DNA of 64,000 nucleotides from the human T2T-CHM13v2.0 reference genome, Homo sapiens. The stretch lies in assembly GCF_009914755.1 (NCBI RefSeq), contig NC_060933.1; one strand, given 5' to 3'. The position numbers and the translations under genes were made by a program. Position 1 is the first letter of the stretch; every line of letters starts with the position of its first letter. Below are positions 57,302 through 64,000 of this stretch, in pieces. Below the pieces are notes generated by a model. It saw only the letters and a list, made by a program, of their open reading frames with translations, was not told the origin of the DNA and did not search any database.

Positions 57302-57599
57302 CTTTCTTCTTTTGAGGCAAGGTCTCTCTCTCTGTCATCCAGACTGGATGGCAGTGGGCATGATCTCGGATCACTGCAACTTCCACCTCCTGGGTTCAAG
57401 CGATTCTTCTGCCTCGGCCTCCCAAGTAGCTGGGATTACAGGCATGCATCACCACACCCAGCTATTTTTTTGTATTTTTAGTAGAGACAGGGTTTCGCCA
57501 CGTTGGCCAGGCTCGTCTCGAACTCCTGGCTTCAACTGATCTGCCAACCTCGGCCTCCCAATGTGCTGGGATTACAGGCGTGAGCCACCGTACCTGGCC
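57302..57599 (-). mobile_element. AluS/J element
   Basis: Full-length reverse Alu. Confidence 0.94.
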
Positions 57600-58334
57600 C
57601 AAAGTCTTGATTTTAATGGCCTTGGTAGGGATTCTAGAACTTTTGCTATATTCTGTGCTGCACTGTTGTGTATGAATGCCTTTTGTTTCACACGCTTCTT
57701 TTTAATCTAACATACATGCCACAGAAAAGAAACCCTTCTTCACAAGAGATAGAAAAATAGTTTATAAGATGCTCCTGGCACAAGGAGAACAGTTATAAAC
57801 AGGCTGGTAGAAATCATGGTCAAGGGATCTATACCACAGAGCTGAAGCACTCCAGAGGCCTCTGAAGAGGACCAAAGACTACTGAGAGCAGGGTTCAGAG
57901 CAAGGAGAGGAAAACAGGAAGAAAACCCGTTTAGTGGCAAAGTGCTACTGTGGGAAACACAGTAAATGGCAATATATCCCAAACTGTGTGTAATTCAAAG
58001 CATCAGCTATTCCCCTGCCACCTACATTGTTTTAATACCCTACTTTAATTAAAATTTTAATTGCATATTTTAATTAAAAATACACAATCTTCTGGACCTG
58101 TTTCATTCAAAGGTCACTTTATTTAGTCTTTTCTATTTTAAATTACTACCAATGTTCAGAAAAATCAAATTACCCCCTCAGGTTTAAAGGTAAAGGCAAT
58201 AGACTACCGTAATTCTTGATTAAAAGTATATTAACTTTATCCAACCAATATTAAACAAGACCCTCAACACAAAATTGTGGAAAATAAAATTTTGTATTTA
58301 AAAAAAACAAGAGTCACCCTACAAATTTCTCATC

Positions 58335-59240
58335 TACAATAAGCATTCAATAACTATGGGAACCATACTTTTTGCTAGGCCCTGAGAATGCAAAGGAGAA
58401 AAAGATCTTTCTCATAAAGCCTGTATTCTGACAGGAACACATTCTACAGGGTATTAGAAGAAAATAGAGCTAAGGAGAAAAAAGCAGCAGGGGGTGAGAG
58501 TGGGGAGGGGAGGAGCAGGGCTGCTGTTTAAATACAATGGTCAGAGCAGGCCCTATCCTGCAGGTAACATTTGATCCAAGGCTTGAAGGAACTAGCTCAA
58601 GTCTAACAGTGAAGATGTGCAAGACGTTCCAGCCCAAGTTCTGCCATACCCGCATCACGTTCTGCCAGTCCTACCAGCTAAATCGGCCCCTTGTCTGCGT
58701 TAGCATTGGTTCTCTATTATTCTGGCCCTGATCACTGCTACACTATCCTAATAGGACAACCCTTGCTTAGACTCCCATTAATTCCAAAAACAGCCATCCT
58801 CCACCAAAACATTGTCCAGGAGAACTTCTTAAAACACAAATCTAACCATACTCTGGTTTCCAGTCACTGTCAGTTTTTTGCTCACTTCTACTTTCGCTCA
58901 TCTTCCACCACTCCTACACATACACCCTAAAATGCACATTCAGTTCTCTATGTCTGGAACACAGCTCTCCAACTAGCCAACTCCCATGTATCCTTTGAGA
59001 CTCTCTGAAGTCATTTCCTGCCACAACTTGCCCCATCCCCAGTGCACACTGTACAGTGCTCCTCTCGACTAGTCCTCCCACAGCTTCTTATATTATTCCG
59101 TTATCTTTGTTATGTGTGTCTGGGGTCCATTTGGATGCTCCCTCACTAGACTGCTGAGCAAGGGCAAGCAGAACATAGTTCCTGACAAGGAGGACCCTAA
59201 GACAGATCATTAAATGTTCTGTGAATGACTGAATGAAAAA
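58335..59240. mobile_element. Degenerate L2 fragments in both orientations
   Basis: aagcatt...ctatgg...tgctaggccctgagaatgca (antisense L2-like) and ...cactagactgctgagcaagggc...taaatgttctgtgaatgactgaatgaa (L2 3' tail). Confidence 0.5.
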
Positions 59241-62200
59241 CAAATGAAGGAGCAGCAGCATCTGCCTTCCAGGAGCCTGTGGTTTAGGAGATAGTTGCCC
59301 TTATAAACATGTTCCTCATGTCCCTACATTGTACCAGATGGATTACAGAACTTGTGGAGACAAGATGCTCAAATGTTATAGTAATTCTGCCTTCATAAGG
59401 AAGTCATACGAGTTTTAAATAGTTCATGTAAAATTGTTCATACGAAAAATTTCTACAAATACCATTAAGATGAAGTCTCAATTTTAAAAAGTGTCATCTA
59501 GAGTAATTTGATAGATTTACATAAATCTGTTCCACAAATCGGTAAGTATGAATTATGGGATGTCAGCATATAATTTTGTTGAAAGTACTTTTTCACTAAT
59601 ATAATTAAGTCTGCTGAGACTATTCATGTACAAGTCAAATAAAATGCAGGGTGAATTCTGTAAAAACCTGGTAGTTGAATCAACAATAAAAGGTGACTAC
59701 ACTGATTGATGTGTATCTATTATTCCATTTACAGCAGTAGTAATGTTTTATGAAATAAAAGAATAAAAGCCGTGTGAATCTTTTTCAAATCCCACAGTTA
59801 GCAGAAACAGGTCACTATGGTCCTCTCTGTCAAGGAAGACTTGCAACCTGAGGTTTAATAATGCAATACTTTTAAAAAGCAAAATGGAAAGATTCGCTTC
59901 CTCCAAACACAGCTCTTGCATAAAACTGCATGCCTTAACGACAAAAAAAAGCAAATAATTTGATTTGCAAAAACAAGTTTTCGTTACAAAGGGGGAAAAT
60001 TTTTGTTTTTAATAAAGACCCTGTTGCCTCCTGATATCCTTCTCTCTCCTCCCTCAAACACACAATAAAGTTGCAAATATATTGTATTTCTTCAGATGGA
60101 CTTACTGTTCTTGGGCACTCATTATGTGTGTCTGTTCAGACAGGCTGTGCACTGCAACTCTGGCACCAAAGCAACTCGCACCAGACTTCACAAAGGAGCT
60201 TTCTTAATATCTCAGATCTGATACACAGCAAAACCATGTGGGTACCACACAGCAGGGAAAAGGTTTGAGAGAATCTCAGAACAGAGGGATGCAGTTCTCT
60301 CTAGTCACGTTTTTCTCCACATTTTAATTCCTGACTTAGCCTGAGTCTCCTCAAATGTAGCATGCCAGATGCAGCAGGTCCTTCCATTTAAACACTCAAG
60401 TTAAGGTGGGTCAAGTTAAACAGGTCTTCCTTGCTGCCCTCTAATGAGTAAGATCAAATTGTGAGATGGAGGACTGGTGAGATCCTATTACTACAGTCCA
60501 AGCCAGCCTTCCTGAAAGCTGGGAGCATTTCTACCAGCTTCCCAAAGGACATTACCAGGGATTATCACAAGGATGGAGAATTCAACCTAGACACTCACAT
60601 AATACAGAAAACAGATGGCTCACTCGAAGACTCATCTTCCACCCAAATGCTAATAAAGCTGGCCTGAGACTGAAAGGCCCCAAAGTTTCTAAATGATTTT
60701 CAGGACTTTACAGATACATGGAGCTAATATAGAAGAGTTTAAATCATAACTTTTCTGCTGAAATCAAAGCTGCAAATAGTGATCATTTGGTAAATATTAC
60801 CTAAGCAGCCTAATTCTAGAGAGAGCGGTTAATGTCCTCAGCACCAGGGCATTTTCCCTTCAAGTTAATTTTAATAGCCATATCTGTCCCCTGATTATGC
60901 AACTGGTAGAGCTCTATTTTCCTGTAGTTCCAGTCCCAGTAATTATGAATCTGCTGGCAATGCGGCATGACCCTGCTTAAGTTGGCGATACTGTGGGTTC
61001 TTAATATATCACATTTTCAGACAACATTAAGAACTCCCACACAATTCAGTCTTAGACTATTGAGAACAGAAACAGCATATTAAATCCTCTAAATTCTTGC
61101 CAAGTATTACACCGGGTACACAAAGATATCTTGCATCCAAGACCAGGAAGATGAGGAAAAATTATGTGCAGTAGGAAAATAAACCAATTCCTCTACAACC
61201 CACAGGATGAGACTCTACCTGAAAGCAGGTTCTCCAGCCTGAAAGAAAGTGACTGAGATAGTGTAGCACGCTCAGCACCACAATGAAAACAAAAGGCGGT
61301 TCTCATCACTTATTGATATAGGTAGTTTCTCTAAAAGATAGGTCAGCAGTTCTACCTTCAAACACTGGAGCTGCCACCAGGATAGAGCAAATGCCAAAAT
61401 ACCTTCAGATAGCCTGAAAGTCATACCTGACAGTTCAAAAAAGGTTAGGACATTAACAACTCTAGGCTAGTCCAATCTACTTTCAATTAAAAGTTTGGGT
61501 ATGCTGCAACTTTCTCATTTCTTTGTTAATTATAATTAATTCTACACAGATCCGCCACCGCCCCTACCCCCACCCCCACACACACTAACAGTCTTATATT
61601 ATCTGCTTTATCTTGTGTTTACTTAAAAGACAATGGAGTTGTTCAAGTATATACCATTTGGGATGAAGGCAAAGGAACTGTATTCCTCAAAATAGTATTG
61701 TGGTAGAGGAAAACAAGTTAACTGTGGTAGTAAAAAGGGCATCTGCTGTTGCTTGTGCGACCAGCTGGTGTCAATCTTCACAAACATGCACTCTTGCCTG
61801 TGCCTGCACACACACACGCACACACCCCCCCCACTAAGCAGTCCATCAGGAGGCAGTACAGCTTCTTAATGTGTTTTTCTCTCTGTACAAGATCATTTTT
61901 TAACTCAGATACCACAAGAAACAAAAAATTTAAAGGCCCTGTTTTGAAACTATGTCAGAGTCCCTGCAAACCACCATGGAGAGCTCCCCATTTTGTCAAG
62001 AACGGGAAACTATAAAATTAGACTCTAACAAACTCACCAAGTCCATGTGAAACAAAAATTCTCGTTAGAGATAAATTTTCTTCTTGAACACATTTTTCTT
62101 AAAAAAATCACTCTCTCACCCAAAAGTTAAAGGTTCACCAGCCCAAACCTTCCAGTATGAAAAAGTCAGTAAGTTTGTCGGGGAAAAATGCCCATTCCCA

Positions 62201-62284
62201 CTGCCCCATAAATGCTATGTCTACCTGTCTGGCAGTCAACAGTACCACTGCCAAACTAAACTATCAAGCAACTAGGATCCTTAC

Positions 62285-62480
62285 ATTACATATATCACAT
62301 TTAATTCTCACCACAAGGCTACATGTAAATACATCTGTATCCATTTTACGGACATAAAGTTGGAGGTTCAAAGATGCTAAGTTAACTTGCTCAAGGGCAC
62401 ACACAGCTAGCTCAAAGGAGCAGCTGGGTTTCCACACTACAATCAACCTTTCCAAACTCAGTCTTTCAAAAGTGTACACT
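62285..62480 (-). mobile_element. MIR SINE
   Basis: catttaattctcac...ccattttacgga...gaggttcaaagatgctaagttaacttgctcaagggcacacacagctag. Confidence 0.6.
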
Positions 62481-63467
62481 TTGTTGCCTTTGGCCATGTG
62501 TGGAAATTACTTTGTGGCAGAATCCTGTACATCCAAAGTTTACAACTTTCCAATCAGAATATTTATAATCTCCAAATACATCTGTATTTTTTTCTTGTTC
62601 TTTGTCATGAAATAAATTGACTGGAACTTCAATTCTTTCTTAATCCATCCAAGAGACTATCTGTGAAAGAAAAAAAAAATGACCTGAAAGAAAAGGAAGG
62701 ACATCCTGCAGGTGCACAAACCACTTAAGCCCCCAAAACAAATCCATCATTACAAAACAGATAGATGAGAGGTATCTGCATTATAAAAAGATCCATTTAA
62801 AATGGGCCTTGATTTACATACTCCTTTTCCAAACTCAGAAAGCAGTTCTTATGGCTAAAGCCAAACATGTTTGCTACTGCCAAAACGGTCTCCCACACAA
62901 GACATTTCTCTCCTCAGCAGATTGCATTAAAATGCTTTCATACGCATAGCATGATTTCATAGCGGTGGAAAAAAGATGGGATCAATACCACATGGTCTCT
63001 GCCCTCTAAGATGCTCAAAAATTTTAAGCCCAACACAGTAAACAAGGGAGAGAGGCAGGCACCTAATGAACATGAAATACATAAAGTGCATCGCAGGGGT
63101 TTCAGGCTTAACCAGGACCAGCTTGAAAAAGAGAACTCTTTAGTGTGTCAAAACAGAGAAGATGAAATTCAGGTGTTTCCTGACAAACAAATTAAGGTAA
63201 TAGGAACATGGAGAAGAACAAATTTGTAAAGAAGTATAAAAGAGACAAGCCAAAAGCATACTACGCTGAACGTAAGGCATCTATGTAGAGGTAAGCAAAC
63301 CGACCCCCCATCCTGGAAGCAAGACTGGCCCATGTGAAGGTTTACAGCAGACAAACTGCAGGATGCACCAAGCACTGAGGCACAATGAGGAAGGAGGCAC
63401 ACGAGGGACCCAGGGACAGTCACCTTAGTGGCCTGGTATAATCACTGAGCAGATGCAGATGTAAGAC

Positions 63468-63974
63468 TGTAACTAGGGACCTCAGTGTTAGAAATCACCC
63501 ACATTCTTTTTCCTTCTTCCCTCCCCTCTCAACTCTTTATTCCTTCCCTCTCTAGACACTCCCCCTTAGGCAATCCATGCTTATCTACTTAGGCTCTTAA
63601 GAAATCCCACAGGCTAATCTTGAAACAAACCAGGAACAGAGTCCCCACTGCAAAATCCTCATGATTAGGAGGAGTCATAATTAGTCCACCACCACTGAGC
63701 CAAAGTCAAGATAATGCCAATTAGACCTTCAGACACCTGAGAGAGCCACTGAACAAGACACACAGATCCTGCACCACTTCTGCACGTCTCCCATACCTTT
63801 CTCCCTTTGAAAGCCCTACGGTAAATTTTTAAATTGAAGATGGTACTTTAGAATACTAGTTTGCCATCTTCTCAGTTTGCTGGCTCCCATTAAAAATGCT
63901 TTTCCTTCCACCAATCCTTGCCTCTTGTGTTCTGGCTTTCAAGTGGCAAGCAGCTGAACCTGGGTTCGGTTACA
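63468..63974 (+). mobile_element. ERV1-class solo LTR (MER39-like)
   Basis: TGTAAC...GTTACA inverted termini; attaaa poly(A)-like signal near 63888; 3' end ggcaagcagctgaacctgggttcggttaca. Confidence 0.7.
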
Positions 63975-64000
63975 GGCCTTCTAGAGTAATGGCCAGGATT

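Noticed and set aside
57081-57539. 152-aa poly-Lys ORF
   Set aside because: Artifact of the A47 run plus a reverse Alu; the same applies to Alu-derived ORFs near 6.4, 18.3, 25.8, 37.0 and 41.8 kb.
60838-61290. RE1/REST-like TCAGCACC half-sites (~60838, ~61272)
   Set aside because: The right half (GGACAG) is missing in both.
61552-61580. G-quadruplex-like tract on the ELAVL2 sense strand
   Set aside because: Three long G runs plus GG runs only; a common motif with no contextual support.

Overview
Human (primate) genomic DNA, AT-rich, with no CpG island, RNA gene or CRISPR array. Most of the window is the 3' part of ELAVL2 (HuB/Hel-N1), an RRM RNA-binding protein gene on the minus strand. Five coding exons are present (53018-53121, 26919-27072, 23384-23609, the 39-nt hinge cassette exon 15444-15482, and the terminal exon CDS 14553-14880), followed by a ~2.45 kb U-rich 3'UTR ending near 12095-12100. 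The start codon lies beyond the right edge. About 8 kb downstream is a 5'-truncated NOP56 processed pseudogene (3869-4781, + strand) flanked by target-site duplications. Its first 34 nt are not NOP56 exon-8 coding sequence. They appear to be the intron-8 extension used by the SNORD86-controlled, NMD-targeted NOP56 isoform, and the copy seems to stop exactly at the snoRNA 3' end, so it may be a fossil of the snoRNP autoregulatory RNA. This is the most interesting signal, but it rests partly on recalled sequence and needs an alignment. The rest is Alu, L1PA fragments (one twin-primed), DNA transposon relics, MIR/L2, an ERV1-type solo LTR, microsatellites and a ~170-bp local duplication. Repeat subfamily names and old-repeat boundaries are by eye and approximate.
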